Shown here piece after piece: positions 40,079 through 50,368 of a stretch of DNA of 64,000 nt. The notes under the pieces were generated by a model that made no database searches, was not told the origin of the DNA, and saw only the letters and a list, made by a program, of their open reading frames with translations. How positions within the stretch are numbered: the stretch's first letter is position 1; each line of letters begins with the position of its first letter. Where the stretch lies: contig CAWAHW010000003.1 in the NCBI GenBank assembly GCA_963781885.1, forward strand, positions 1 to 64,000. The letters are read 5' to 3'. A program made the position numbers and the translations under genes. This DNA comes from an uncultured Spirochaetota bacterium (GTDB taxonomy: Bacteria; Spirochaetota; Spirochaetia; SZUA-6; Fen-1364).

Positions 40079-41788
40079 ATGGAAGACAGCACACATTCGC
40101 GACGGTGCACCGGCGCCAAGGCCGTGGTGCACATGCTGGAGAAGCAGGGGGTGAAATACGTCTTCGGCCTCCCCGGCGGGGCCGCCATTCCGCTGTTCGA
40201 CGCGCTGGTGGATTCGACCATCCACCTCGTGCTCACGCGGCACGAGCAGGGCGCCACGCACATGGCGGATGGATACGCGCGCGCAACGGGCGAGCCTGCC
40301 GTCGTGCTCGTCACGTCGGGCCCCGGCGCCACCAACACGATCACCGGCATCCTCACCGCCGCGATGGATTCCGTCCCGATGGTCATCATCACGGGCCAGG
40401 CCAATGTTTCCAGCCTGGGGCTGGATGCATTCCAGGAGGCGGACGTCTCGGGCATCTCCCTTCCGGTGGTGAAGCATTCCTACCTCGTGAAGAACGCGGC
40501 CGACATCCCGCGCGTCGTGCGGGAGGCCTTCTACATCGCCCGGTCGGGAAGGCCCGGGCCCGTTCTCATCGACGTGCCCAAGGACTGCTCCAACGCGACC
40601 ATCGAGCTCCGCGAGGACGAAGAGTTCCAGCTCCCCGGCTATCACGTGCCCTCCGCCGGGGACCCCGCGCAGATCGCCTGCGCGGCGGGCATGCTGCACA
40701 AGGCGAAACGGCCCATCCTGCTCGTCGGCCACGGCGCGGTCATTTCGGGCGCCGGGGCCGAGCTGCGCACGCTCGCGGAGACAATGCGCATTCCGGTCAC
40801 GAACACGCTGCTGGGCAAGGGGGCGTTTCCCGAAACTCATTCACTGTCTATGGGCATGCTCGGCATGCACGGCACCGCCTATGCCAACAAGGCGATGGTG
40901 GACTCTGACCTGATCATGTCGGTGGGCTCGCGGTGGGATGACCGGATCACGGGGACCCCGGAGACCTTCTGCCCGGACGCGGTGAAGATACACATCGACA
41001 TCGACCCGTCGGAGATCAACAAGCTCTACACGATGGACTGCGCGATCGTGGGGGATGCACGGACGGTGCTTTCGTCCCTCAACGAGCACCTCGAGCCGGG
41101 CGACACCGCGGAATGGCTCGCGCGGATAGAAGAGTGGAAGAGACTGCATCCCCTCCATTACCACCGGCGCGGCACGTTCGAGGCCCAGTACGTCATCGAC
41201 GAGCTGTACCGGCAGACGGAAGGCAAGGCAGTCGTCACGACCGACGTCGGCCAGCACCAGATGTGGGCGGCCCAGTTCTACCGCACGGACGAGCGCTTCC
41301 ACTGGATCAGCTCGGGCGGGGCGGGGACCATGGGCTTCGGCTTCCCCGCGGCCATCGGCGCGCAGCTTGCGCGGCCGGACGCGCTGGTCTGCGCGATCGT
41401 CGGGGACGGGGGGTTCCAGATGACCATGTCCGAGCTTTCCACCGCCGTGAACCTGAAGCTGCCGCTGAAGGTGCTCATCATCAACAACCGCTACCTCGGC
41501 ATGGTGCGCCAGTGGCAGAATCTCTTCTATGAAAACCGTCTCTCCGGCGTGGACCTCCAGGGGAACCCCGACTTCGTGAAGCTCGCGGAGGCCTATGGCT
41601 GCAAGGCCATCCGCATCAAGCGCATCGGGGACGTAAAGGAAGGCATCGAAAAGGCGCTCGCCTGGAAGGACGGCCCGGTTGTCATCGATGCGGAAGTGGA
41701 AAAGGAAGACAACGTGTACCCCATGATCCCCGCGGGCGCCGCTCTCCGCGACATGCTGCTCGGCCCCCCGCGCAAGGAGCAGGCATGA
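40079..41788 (+). CDS. ilvB: Acetolactate synthase large subunit
   Basis: [36 protein letters not shown]...NN (ThDP motif). Confidence 0.96.
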   Translation: MEDSTHSRRCTGAKAVVHMLEKQGVKYVFGLPGGAAIPLFDALVDSTIHLVLTRHEQGATHMADGYARATGEPAVVLVTSGPGATNTITGILTAAMDSVPMVIITGQANVSSLGLDAFQEADVSGISLPVVKHSYLVKNAADIPRVVREAFYIARSGRPGPVLIDVPKDCSNATIELREDEEFQLPGYHVPSAGDPAQIACAAGMLHKAKRPILLVGHGAVISGAGAELRTLAETMRIPVTNTLLGKGAFPETHSLSMGMLGMHGTAYANKAMVDSDLIMSVGSRWDDRITGTPETFCPDAVKIHIDIDPSEINKLYTMDCAIVGDARTVLSSLNEHLEPGDTAEWLARIEEWKRLHPLHYHRRGTFEAQYVIDELYRQTEGKAVVTTDVGQHQMWAAQFYRTDERFHWISSGGAGTMGFGFPAAIGAQLARPDALVCAIVGDGGFQMTMSELSTAVNLKLPLKVLIINNRYLGMVRQWQNLFYENRLSGVDLQGNPDFVKLAEAYGCKAIRIKRIGDVKEGIEKALAWKDGPVVIDAEVEKEDNVYPMIPAGAALRDMLLGPPRKEQA

Positions 41789-41904
41789 GCCCGGTAATAC
41801 TCATTTTGCTTCCCGGCGGGAGCGCTTCTCATTTTGCACGATATTTGGGAAGGCATTTTTGGCACCAATTCCTTTATCCGCCTACCCAGGAAGGTGCAAA
41901 ATGA
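41785..41904 (+). CDS. Putative 39-aa regulatory peptide rich in Val/Ile/Leu ([39 protein letters not shown])
   Basis: AAGGAG RBS at 41774-79; ATG overlaps the ilvB stop; TGA overlaps the in-frame ilvN ATG at 41901; codons GTA ATA CTC ATT TTG CTT. Confidence 0.5.
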   Translation: MSPVILILLPGGSASHFARYLGRHFWHQFLYPPTQEGAK

Positions 41905-41912
41905 GAAGCGCT
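41821..41912. repeat. Perfect 19-bp inverted repeat between ilvB and ilvN
   Basis: AGCGCTTCTCATTTTGCAC (41821-39) and GTGCAAAATGAGAAGCGCT (41894-912); extra CTCATTTTGC at 41800-09; GGCATGAGCC direct repeats at 41782-91 and 41913-22. Confidence 0.92.
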
Positions 41913-41915
41913 GGC

Positions 41916-42425
41916 ATGAGCCAGACCCCTCCCACCGTGAAGCGCCACATGGTGAGCCTCTACGTGGCGAACAAGTTCGGCGTGCTGAACCGGGTGGCGC
42001 TGGTGTTCGCGCGCCGCGGCTTCAACATCGACAGCCTCGTCGTCTCGGAGGCCTTCGACCCGGCCTTCTCCCACATGAACATCGTGGCCACGGGGGACGA
42101 GAAGACCATCGTGCAGATCATCAACGCGCTCAACAAGCTCGTGGACGTCGTCCATGCGACCGACAATACTGGCAAGGACGTGATCCAGCGCGAGCTCGCC
42201 CTCGTGAAGGTGAGCTGCGCGCCGGAGAAGCGCACCGAGGTCCTCGACGTCGTGCACACCTTCAAGGGCCAGGTGGTGGACCTGGCGGAGAAGGCGCTCA
42301 CCGTCCAGGTCACGGGCAACTCGGAGAAAGTGGACGCGCTGCACCGGATGCTCGGACGCTACGGGGTCATCGAGATGGTGCGCACGGGCAAGGTCATCGT
42401 GTCGCGCGGCGAAGAGGTCACCTGA
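41916..42425 (+). CDS. ilvN: Acetolactate synthase small (regulatory) subunit
   Basis: NKFGVLNRV..F.RRGFNIDSL ACT domain, RELALVKV, EMVRTG; alternative in-frame start at 41901. Confidence 0.95.
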   Translation: MSQTPPTVKRHMVSLYVANKFGVLNRVALVFARRGFNIDSLVVSEAFDPAFSHMNIVATGDEKTIVQIINALNKLVDVVHATDNTGKDVIQRELALVKVSCAPEKRTEVLDVVHTFKGQVVDLAEKALTVQVTGNSEKVDALHRMLGRYGVIEMVRTGKVIVSRGEEVT

Positions 42426-42428
42426 AAC

Positions 42429-43832
42429 ATGGGCACAAATCTCCTGAACAAGGTGTGGGATCTCCACACGGTCGGCGTGCTGCCATCCGGCCAGGACCAG
42501 CTTTTCATCGGGCTGCACCTCATCCACGAGGTCACCTCGCCGCAGGCCTTCCAGGCCCTCGCGGACCGGGGCCTGCGCGTGCTGTTCCCCGGCCGGACAT
42601 TCGCCACGGTGGACCACATCGTGCCCACGGAATCGCAGGCCCGGCCCTTTGCCGATCCACAGGCGGAGGCCATGCTGCAGGCAATCGAGCGCAACACGAA
42701 GGAGCACGGCATCCAGTTCTTCGGTCTCGGCACGCCCGAGCAGGGCATCGTGCACATCATCGGGCCCGAGCTTGGCCTCACCCAGCCCGGCATGACCATC
42801 GCCTGCGGCGACTCGCACACCTCCACGCATGGCGCGCTGGGCAGTCTTGCCTTCGGCGTGGGGACGTCCCAGATCCGCGACATTCTTGCGACGCAGACGC
42901 TTGCCCTCACCCGGCCGAAGGTGCGCAGAATCGAGATCACGGGCTCGCTGGCCAACGGTGTCTCGGCGAAGGACCTGGTGATCCGCATCATCGCGGAGCT
43001 CGGCGTGAAGGGCGGCATCGGTTTTGCCTATGAATATGGCGGCGCCGCCATCGAGGCGCTCCCCATGGAGGCGCGTCTGACGCTTTGCAACATGAGCATC
43101 GAGGCAGGGGCGCGCGCCGGCTACGTCAATCCCGATGAGACGACATTCGCCTACCTCAAGGGCCGGCGCTTCGCCCCCACCGGCGCGGCGTGGGACACGG
43201 GGCTTTCCTACTGGAAGAGCATCGCATCCGACAAGGACGCGCAGTACGACCACGTCTTCCGCCTGGATGGAGCGGGCATCGAGCCGATGGTGGCATGGGG
43301 CATCAACCCTGGGCAGGCCGTGGGCGTCACGCAGCGGCTGCCCCGGATCTCCGACGCGAAAGAGGAGGACCGCGAGGCCCTGCACAAGGCCTACGCGCAC
43401 ACCGGCTTCGAGGAGAATCGCCCGCTGCAGGGTCTGCCGGTGGACGTGGCGTTCATCGGGTCATGCACGAACGGGCGCATCTCGGACCTGCGCGAGGCGG
43501 CGAAGGTGGCCCGCGGCCGCAAGGTGTCGCCGCACGTGAAGGCACTCGTCGTGCCGGGCTCGCGCAGCGTCGCGCGCCAGGCCGAAGCAGAAGGGCTGCC
43601 CGAGGTGTTCCGGGCAGCAGGCTTCCAGTGGCGGGAGCCGGGCTGCTCGATGTGTCTGGCAATGAATCCCGACAAGCTCTCCGAGCGCCAGGTCTGCGCA
43701 AGCTCTTCGAACAGGAACTTCATCGGCCGGCAGGGCTCGCCGCGCGGCCGCACGCTCCTCATGAGCCCGGCCATGGTCGCGGCCGCGGCGCTGGCAGGAG
43801 AGGTGGTCGATATCCGCAAAGAGAGGGTGTGA
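42429..43832 (+). CDS. leuC: 3-isopropylmalate dehydratase large subunit
   Basis: [37 protein letters not shown]. Confidence 0.96.
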   Translation: MGTNLLNKVWDLHTVGVLPSGQDQLFIGLHLIHEVTSPQAFQALADRGLRVLFPGRTFATVDHIVPTESQARPFADPQAEAMLQAIERNTKEHGIQFFGLGTPEQGIVHIIGPELGLTQPGMTIACGDSHTSTHGALGSLAFGVGTSQIRDILATQTLALTRPKVRRIEITGSLANGVSAKDLVIRIIAELGVKGGIGFAYEYGGAAIEALPMEARLTLCNMSIEAGARAGYVNPDETTFAYLKGRRFAPTGAAWDTGLSYWKSIASDKDAQYDHVFRLDGAGIEPMVAWGINPGQAVGVTQRLPRISDAKEEDREALHKAYAHTGFEENRPLQGLPVDVAFIGSCTNGRISDLREAAKVARGRKVSPHVKALVVPGSRSVARQAEAEGLPEVFRAAGFQWREPGCSMCLAMNPDKLSERQVCASSSNRNFIGRQGSPRGRTLLMSPAMVAAAALAGEVVDIRKERV

Positions 43833-44449
43833 TGGCAGCAATCGACACACGGCGCATCCGGGTGGAAGGCCGCGCGATCCCGGTTCCCGGCGATGACATC
43901 GACACGGACCGGATCATCCCCGCCCGCTACCTGCGCGAGATCACCTTCGAGCAGCTGGGCAAGTACGCCTTCATCGACGAGCGCTTCGATGAGAAGGGCG
44001 TCATGCGGGAGCATCCTCTGAACGACCCCCGTTTCAAGGGTGGGTCCATCCTCCTGGTGAGCCGCAATTTCGGCTGCGGCTCCTCCCGCGAGCACGCCCC
44101 GCAGTCCCTCATGCGCATGGGCATCACCGCGTTCGTCGGCGAATCGTTTGCCGAGATATTCTCGGGCAACTGCGTGTCGCTGGGCCTGCCCGCTGCCCGC
44201 GTCTCCCACGAGCACGCACGGGCGCTCATGGACCTCGTCACAAAGGACCCCGGCCTCAACGTGGTCGTGGACCTCGAAAAGCGCACGGTGGGCGCGGGCG
44301 CCGCCTCATTTACCTTCACCATGCCTGACTCGGATCGCGCCAGCCTCATGAGCGGGGAGTGGGACGGCACGGCCGTCCTGCTTTCGCGGGAGAGCGACAT
44401 CCGCGCAGCCGCGCGGCGCATCCCGTACGTGAACGGCTTCGCCTCTTAG
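43832..44449 (+). CDS. leuD: 3-isopropylmalate dehydratase small subunit
   Basis: DIDTDRIIPARYL, NFGCGSSREHAP. Confidence 0.96.
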   Translation: MAAIDTRRIRVEGRAIPVPGDDIDTDRIIPARYLREITFEQLGKYAFIDERFDEKGVMREHPLNDPRFKGGSILLVSRNFGCGSSREHAPQSLMRMGITAFVGESFAEIFSGNCVSLGLPAARVSHEHARALMDLVTKDPGLNVVVDLEKRTVGAGAASFTFTMPDSDRASLMSGEWDGTAVLLSRESDIRAAARRIPYVNGFAS

Positions 44450-44458
44450 GGAGGGAAT

Positions 44459-46144
44459 ATGAAGAGCACGACAGACACGCTGAACAGCCGCAGCCGGATC
44501 ATGACCGGCGGTGTTTCCCGTATGCCCAACAGGGCCATGCTCCGCGCGGTCGGCTTCACCGATGCGGACTTCGACAAGCCCATCGTCGCCGTGGCGAGCG
44601 CCGGCAGCGAGGTCTCGCCGTGCAACGTGCATCTCGATGACCTGGCCGCGATTGCCAAGACCGGCATCCGGGAGGCCGGCGGCGTGCCGCTGAAGTTCAA
44701 TACCTTTGTCGTGACCGACGGCGAGGCCATGGGTCACGAGGGCATGAAGTGCTCCCTGGTGAGCCGCGAGGTGATCGCGGACGCCATAGAGCTCGTCGTG
44801 CGCGGGCACCAGATGGACGCCATCCTCGGGCTGGGCGGCTGCGACAAGACCATCCCCGGCACGGTGATGGCCATGGCGCGCCTGGACCTGCCGAGCGTCT
44901 TCGTCTACGGCGGCTCCATCAACCCGGGCATGCACCGCGGGAAGCCCGTTGACATCGTGAGCGCCTTCGAGGCGGTGGGAAAGTTCAGCACAGGGGAGAT
45001 CACCGAGGAGGAGCGGCACGGGATCGAGTGCGCCGCCTGCCCGGGACCCGGCGCCTGCGGTGGCATGTACACGGCCAACACCATGGCCGCGGCGATGGAA
45101 GCCATCGGCATGAGCCTGCCCGGCAATGCCTGCATCCCCGCTGTTGACCCGGCCAAGAAGCAGGAGCTCCAGAGGGCCGGTCAGGCTGTCATGGAGCTGC
45201 TGCGCCGCGGCATCACGCCGCGCCAGATCATGAGCCGGCACGCGTTTGAGAACGCGATCCGCGTCTCGCTCGCCGTGGGAGGGTCAACGAACGCCGTCCT
45301 GCACCTCCTTGCCCTTGCCGTTGAGGCGGGTGTCAGCCTGGACATCTTCGACTTCAACGCCTTCTACGACACTACGCCGACCATCTGCGACATGAAGCCC
45401 GCGGGAAAGCACGTCATGACCGACCTCTACAAGGTTGGCGGCATCCAGAAGGTGATGCGCGTCCTCCTCGATGCAGGCCTCCTGCACGGAGAGTGCATGA
45501 CGGTCACCGGAAAGACCGTTGCGGAAAACCTCCAGGATATTTCACCCGATCTGCGCGGCCAGGAGGTGATCCATTCACTTTCCACGCCGGTAAGCCCGCG
45601 CGGTCCCATCAGCATTCTGAAGGGAAACCTCGCGGAAGAGGGCGCCGTGCTGAAGACGGTCGGCATCGGCGAGTTCCGGCACGAGGGGCCGGCCCGGGTC
45701 TTCGAGAGCGAGGAAGAGGCCTTGGACGCCATCCTCAAGGGCCGCATTGTGAAGGGCGACACCGTGGTGATCCGCAACGAAGGGCCGCGCGGCGGGCCGG
45801 GCATGCGGGAGATGCTCGCTCCTACGTCGGCGCTGGCGGGCGCGGGCCTGCTGCGGGACGTCGCGCTGGTCACCGACGGCAGGTTCTCCGGCGGAAGCCG
45901 CGGCATGCTCGTCGGGCACGTCGCGCCCGAGGCGCGGGATGGCGGCACGATCGCCCTCGTCCAGGACGGGGACATGGTCACCATCGACGCTTTCAAGAAG
46001 ACCATTTCGGTAAATCTCACCAAGAATGAAGTCGACCGCAGGCGGAAGGCTTGGAAACCCCGACAGATCGCCTATGCCACGGGTGCTTTGGCAAAGTATG
46101 CAAGACTTGTTTCTTCAGCGAGCAAAGGCGCCGTGACAGGGTAG
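44459..46144 (+). CDS. ilvD: Dihydroxy-acid dehydratase
   Basis: PCNVH, CDKTIPG, CGGMYTANTM, GGPGMREM, TDGRFSG. Confidence 0.96.
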   Translation: MKSTTDTLNSRSRIMTGGVSRMPNRAMLRAVGFTDADFDKPIVAVASAGSEVSPCNVHLDDLAAIAKTGIREAGGVPLKFNTFVVTDGEAMGHEGMKCSLVSREVIADAIELVVRGHQMDAILGLGGCDKTIPGTVMAMARLDLPSVFVYGGSINPGMHRGKPVDIVSAFEAVGKFSTGEITEEERHGIECAACPGPGACGGMYTANTMAAAMEAIGMSLPGNACIPAVDPAKKQELQRAGQAVMELLRRGITPRQIMSRHAFENAIRVSLAVGGSTNAVLHLLALAVEAGVSLDIFDFNAFYDTTPTICDMKPAGKHVMTDLYKVGGIQKVMRVLLDAGLLHGECMTVTGKTVAENLQDISPDLRGQEVIHSLSTPVSPRGPISILKGNLAEEGAVLKTVGIGEFRHEGPARVFESEEEALDAILKGRIVKGDTVVIRNEGPRGGPGMREMLAPTSALAGAGLLRDVALVTDGRFSGGSRGMLVGHVAPEARDGGTIALVQDGDMVTIDAFKKTISVNLTKNEVDRRRKAWKPRQIAYATGALAKYARLVSSASKGAVTG

Positions 46145-46317
46145 GTGAGATTTCCATTTCAACAATTTTCTCGAAAAAAGTTGACTGATATCTCTTGGTA
46201 TGAGATTATTTGCTATCACTTAGTAGTTTAAAATGGATTTTCTCTATGAAGAGTATCAATAGAGAGTTTAGAGTACAATGGAAAGCCCCATGCAAAGGGC
46301 CGCCTGGTGACGGTGGC

Positions 46318-47940
46318 ATGAGCCAGGAGCCTCAAAACGCCACACGCCGCGGGCTGCCCGAGGCGGAGGATGGTCTTCGCGCGAGCGAAGCGAGATTCCG
46401 TCTCATGGCGGAGAATTCCTGCGACATGCTCTGGAGCCTCGATTCGCTGGACGGCTGCTTCACATTCGTGAGCGGCACCGTGGAGAAGCTCCTGGGCATC
46501 TCACGTGACGCCATGTACGCGAGGAGCCTCGGCGGCATCCTGAATCCCGACGAACGCGACGCCGTGCTGAGCCAGCTCCGCGAAGGCCTCCGCGGCCCCG
46601 GTCCCGCCGGGAATGCGCCGCGCGTGCACATCCCCCTCGTGCGCCTGACGCGGGCCGACGGATCGACCGTGTCCACGGAAATGACCGTCAGCGCACGCCA
46701 GGCGCCGGAGGGGACCTGCCGGGAGATATTCGGCGTGAGCCGGGACATCACCGAAAGGCTCCTCCTGGAAGCCCAGCTGCGCCAGGGGCAGAAGATGGAC
46801 GCTCTCGGCCAGCTCGCAAGCGGCGTCGCGCACGACTTCAATAATCTCCTCCAGGCAATTCAGGGATTCGCCCAGCTTGCAAGCGACGCGGTGGAAGCCG
46901 ACAGCGCCGCACGGCGGCACCTGGACGAGGTGCTCCACGCGGCGCAGAGGGCGCGCGCTCTTTCCGCCAAGCTCCTTGCCTTCGGGCACCGCGGGGAGGT
47001 GCCGCGCATCGCGGTGGATCTCGACGGGCTGCTGGCGGGGCTTTCTGAAAGCATTCGCCGCGCCCTCGGGGGTTCCTGCGACCTGGAGATCGCCTCCGAC
47101 GGGGGCGCGAAGTCCGTGCAGGTGGATCCTGCGCAGATCGAGCAGGCGCTCCTCAACCTCTGCGCGAATGCGCGCGACGCGATGCCCCAAGGGGGCACCG
47201 TGCGCCTTGCAACCGGCGTCGCGCGCCTGGACGAAGAGTTCTGCCGTCTCCGTCAGTGGGCGCGGCCCGGAGATTACGCGCGACTTACGATCTCCGATAC
47301 CGGCACGGGCATTCCGGCCGACCAGCTGCCCCGGATATTCGAGCCCTTCTACACGACGAAGGAGCGGGGACGCGGCACCGGCATGGGCCTTGCGATGGTC
47401 TACGGCATCGTGCAGAAGCACGGGGGATTCATCCACGCCGACAGCAGCCCGGGCGCCGGCGCCTCGTTCACCGTCTACCTGCCGTTGACCCCTGCGCCTT
47501 GGCAAAGGGCCGCCGCGGCAAAGCCGGCGGAGGATGCCCCCGCGCGCGAGGACGCGGAGACGATACTCCTCGCCGAGGACGACGAATCAGTGCACGAGTT
47601 CACCCTCCGCGTGCTGCGTGCGGCAGGCTACCGCGTGCTCGCCGCGCACGACGGCGCGGAGGCCATCCAGCTCTTCCGCGAGAAGGGGACCGCGGTGTCG
47701 ATCGCCGTCCTGGACGTGATCATGCCGAAGCTGAACGGCACCGCCGTCGCGCACGTCATCCGATCGCTGCGGCCGGGCATGCCGGTGCTTTTCAGCACCG
47801 GCTACGATTTCCGCCTGCTGGAGGACGGCTTTGCCCCGGGCAGGGAGACTGAGGTGATTCGAAAGCCTTTCAGCCACGCTGAGCTGCTCCAGAAGATACG
47901 GACCATGATCGACCAGTTCTCTCTCAGCACGCAGGACTGA
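46318..47940 (+). CDS. PAS-containing hybrid histidine kinase / response regulator
   Basis: PAS; AHDFNN H-box; NARDA, DTGTG, FEPFYTTK, GTGMGL; receiver (LAEDD, DVIMP, KPF). Confidence 0.92.
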   Translation: MSQEPQNATRRGLPEAEDGLRASEARFRLMAENSCDMLWSLDSLDGCFTFVSGTVEKLLGISRDAMYARSLGGILNPDERDAVLSQLREGLRGPGPAGNAPRVHIPLVRLTRADGSTVSTEMTVSARQAPEGTCREIFGVSRDITERLLLEAQLRQGQKMDALGQLASGVAHDFNNLLQAIQGFAQLASDAVEADSAARRHLDEVLHAAQRARALSAKLLAFGHRGEVPRIAVDLDGLLAGLSESIRRALGGSCDLEIASDGGAKSVQVDPAQIEQALLNLCANARDAMPQGGTVRLATGVARLDEEFCRLRQWARPGDYARLTISDTGTGIPADQLPRIFEPFYTTKERGRGTGMGLAMVYGIVQKHGGFIHADSSPGAGASFTVYLPLTPAPWQRAAAAKPAEDAPAREDAETILLAEDDESVHEFTLRVLRAAGYRVLAAHDGAEAIQLFREKGTAVSIAVLDVIMPKLNGTAVAHVIRSLRPGMPVLFSTGYDFRLLEDGFAPGRETEVIRKPFSHAELLQKIRTMIDQFSLSTQD

Positions 47941-48024
47941 TGCGGCAGAAAACAGTACAAATGTTACGTAGTTCCTGCTGATTTCGCCCCCTTTTTTGTA
48001 TTTTCGCCTGAGATTTCTCTTGCA

Positions 48025-48059
48025 ATATCCTGTATTGTGTAATAAACAGTAGTGGATAT
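48025..48059. promoter_or_regulatory. Candidate operator in an AT-rich promoter region
   Basis: TATTGT-N7-ACAGTA (48033-51) nested inside ATATCC...GGATAT; TTGCAA at 48020-25. Confidence 0.4.
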
Positions 48060-48097
48060 AGTTCTGTATGGTGCATGAATTATTACCGGAGGCAAAA

Positions 48098-49429
48098 ATG
48101 AAGATCCTTTTGATCGACCCCTGCAAGGAGCCCATGACCGGCGGAGAGCGGAAGCGCGGAGTGACACGGTTTCCGCAGATTTCCCTGCTCTACATCGCGG
48201 CCCTCACGCCGGAAGCCCACGCGGTGAAAATCGTGGAGGAGGAAATCGAGCCCATCGATTTCGATGCTCCGTGCAACCTTGTCGGCATCACGTGCATGAC
48301 GGCGAACGCGCCGCGCGCCTACCAGCTTGCCGATGCCTTTCGGCGCCGGGGCAAACGCGTGGTGCTGGGCGGGGTCCACCCGACGGTCCGGCCCGATGAG
48401 GCGGCGCTGCACGCGGATGCCGTCGTGGTGGGCGAGGCGGAGCCCGTCTGGAGCACGCTGCTCGCGGACGCAGAGGCCGGCGGCCTGAAGCCCCGCTACA
48501 CGAATGACCACACCTGGAAGCTGGATGATTACCCGACGCCGCTGCGGAAGGCCGGGAAATCCGGGGCCGTGCTGGGCATCGTGCCCGTGGTGACGTCCCG
48601 CGGCTGCCCATATGCCTGCGATTTCTGCAGCGTGCACAACATGTTCGGCCGCGTCATCCGGCACGTCGCGGTGCCCCGCGTTCTAGAGGACATCGAACGG
48701 TCGGGCTCACGCAAGGTCATGTTCCTCGACGACAACATCGTCGGCGACCAGGGCTACGCGGAGACGCTCTTCGACGCGCTGCGCGGGCGCGGCATCTCCT
48801 GGGTGGGTCAGGCCTCCATCTCCTTCGTCCACAACGAGCGGCTGCTGGAGAAGGCCGCCGCCAGCGGGTGCAAGGGTCTTTTCGTCGGGCTGGAATCGGT
48901 CTCCGAGCAGAAAATGGAAAAGCTTCGCAAGAGTTTGAAGACACAGGCGGACACCGCCGATGCCATCCGCCGCATCATGCGCGCCGGCATTCTCTTCCAC
49001 GCCTCCATCGTCTTCGGTTTCGACGACGACGAGACGAGCATCTTCGACGAGACGATCGACTTCCTCCAGCGCGCGCGCATCGCCTCGGCGACATTCAACA
49101 TCCTCACCCCGTACCCGGGCACCGTGATATTCGACCAGTACAAGGCGGAAGGCAGGCTCCTCACGGAGGACTGGAAGGACTTCGATCACTGCACCCCCAC
49201 CTTCAACCCGCGGCACATGAGCGCGGAGGATCTCATGGAGGGCTACCACCGGGTGCGCCGGAGCTTCTTCGGTCTGGCGAACATCGCCGCGCGCCTGCCG
49301 GCGAACTGGCGCACACCCGTGCTCTTCCTCGTGGCGAATCTCGGGCTTCGGGTCCAGGTGCGCGCCGACCAGGCGCGGCTGCGGGAAGGCATTGCGCGGC
49401 CCGTGGTGTCGGCGGTGGGCGGCATCTAG
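48098..49429 (+). CDS. B12-binding domain radical SAM protein
   Basis: VGITCMT, VLGGVHPT, GEAE; SRGCPYACDFC (CxxxCxxC); LTPYPGT. Confidence 0.92.
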   Translation: MKILLIDPCKEPMTGGERKRGVTRFPQISLLYIAALTPEAHAVKIVEEEIEPIDFDAPCNLVGITCMTANAPRAYQLADAFRRRGKRVVLGGVHPTVRPDEAALHADAVVVGEAEPVWSTLLADAEAGGLKPRYTNDHTWKLDDYPTPLRKAGKSGAVLGIVPVVTSRGCPYACDFCSVHNMFGRVIRHVAVPRVLEDIERSGSRKVMFLDDNIVGDQGYAETLFDALRGRGISWVGQASISFVHNERLLEKAAASGCKGLFVGLESVSEQKMEKLRKSLKTQADTADAIRRIMRAGILFHASIVFGFDDDETSIFDETIDFLQRARIASATFNILTPYPGTVIFDQYKAEGRLLTEDWKDFDHCTPTFNPRHMSAEDLMEGYHRVRRSFFGLANIAARLPANWRTPVLFLVANLGLRVQVRADQARLREGIARPVVSAVGGI

Positions 49430-49456
49430 CACAGCGCACGATCTCAGGGAGAACTC

Positions 49457-49777
49457 ATGAATATTCAATTCAAGAAGGGCGTGCTGGAGCTCTGCGTCCT
49501 GGTGGCACTCTGCCGCAAGGATTATTATGGCTACGAGCTCGTCCAGGCAATCTCGAAGAACATCGACATCGCCGAGGGGACGGTCTACCCGCTCCTGCGG
49601 CGCCTGATGAAGGAAGGGTACTTCACCACGTACATCCAGGAATCGGCGGAAGGGCCCGCCCGCAAGTACTACCAGATCACCGACAAGGGCCGGGAGTACC
49701 AGGCGGTCCTCCTGGAAGAGTGGAACCGATTCGTCCACGGCGTGAACACTCTCATCGGAAAGGGGGCTGCGGCATGA
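49457..49777 (+). CDS. PadR-family transcriptional regulator
   Basis: [31 protein letters not shown]. Confidence 0.94.
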   Translation: MNIQFKKGVLELCVLVALCRKDYYGYELVQAISKNIDIAEGTVYPLLRRLMKEGYFTTYIQESAEGPARKYYQITDKGREYQAVLLEEWNRFVHGVNTLIGKGAAA

Positions 49778-50358
49778 CACGGCAGGCTTTCGTGGCGGAG
49801 CTGGCGCGCGCCCTCGGGCGCATGCCCGAGACGGACCGCAAGGAGATCCTCTACGACTACGAGGAGCACTTCCGCATGGGGCTCACCGACGGAAAGAGCG
49901 AGGAGGAAATCGCGCGGTCCCTGGGCAACCCCCGCGTGCTCGGGAGGTCCTTCGCGATCGATGCAATGCTGGAGGCGCCGGCATCGGGCGCGGGGGTGAC
50001 GGCGGGATCGGTCATGCGGGCGGTCTTTGCCTCCATGAGCCTCACGATATTCAACGTGATATTCGTCCTGGGACCCTTCCTGGGGCTCGTCGGCGTCATG
50101 ATCGGGCTCTGGGCTGCCGCGGTATCGCTGCCGCTGGCAGGGCTGGGGACATTCCTCTCACCCATTGCCGCCCTCATCCTGCCGCGCTACGTGTCGCTTG
50201 CGGGCATGAACGCCGCCTTCCTCCTCTTCGCGGGCATCGGCGTCGCGGGCCTCGGCCTGCTCGCGGTGATCGGGATGTGGAAGCTGAGCCGCCTGTTCGT
50301 GCTCATGATCGCCGCCTACGTGCGGTTCAACGCGCGCATCGTCACGCGCAGAAGATAG
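49774..50358 (+). CDS. DUF1700 / HAAS-domain membrane protein
   Basis: [11 protein letters not shown]...[13 protein letters not shown] followed by TM helices; ATGA overlap with padR. Confidence 0.88.
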   Translation: MTRQAFVAELARALGRMPETDRKEILYDYEEHFRMGLTDGKSEEEIARSLGNPRVLGRSFAIDAMLEAPASGAGVTAGSVMRAVFASMSLTIFNVIFVLGPFLGLVGVMIGLWAAAVSLPLAGLGTFLSPIAALILPRYVSLAGMNAAFLLFAGIGVAGLGLLAVIGMWKLSRLFVLMIAAYVRFNARIVTRRR

Positions 50359-50368
50359 GAGTGAAGAG

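Noticed and set aside
46291-46317. c-di-GMP-I riboswitch suggested by GCAAAG-GCCGCC-TGGTGAC-GGTGGC
   Set aside because: Only one short hairpin; the following GACGCAAAG segment and second stem are missing.
41913-46326. GGCATGAGCCAG at the ilvN and hybrid kinase starts as island att sites
   Set aside because: It encloses core ilvN-leuCD-ilvD genes, there is no integrase, and ATGAGCC is a frequent start context here.
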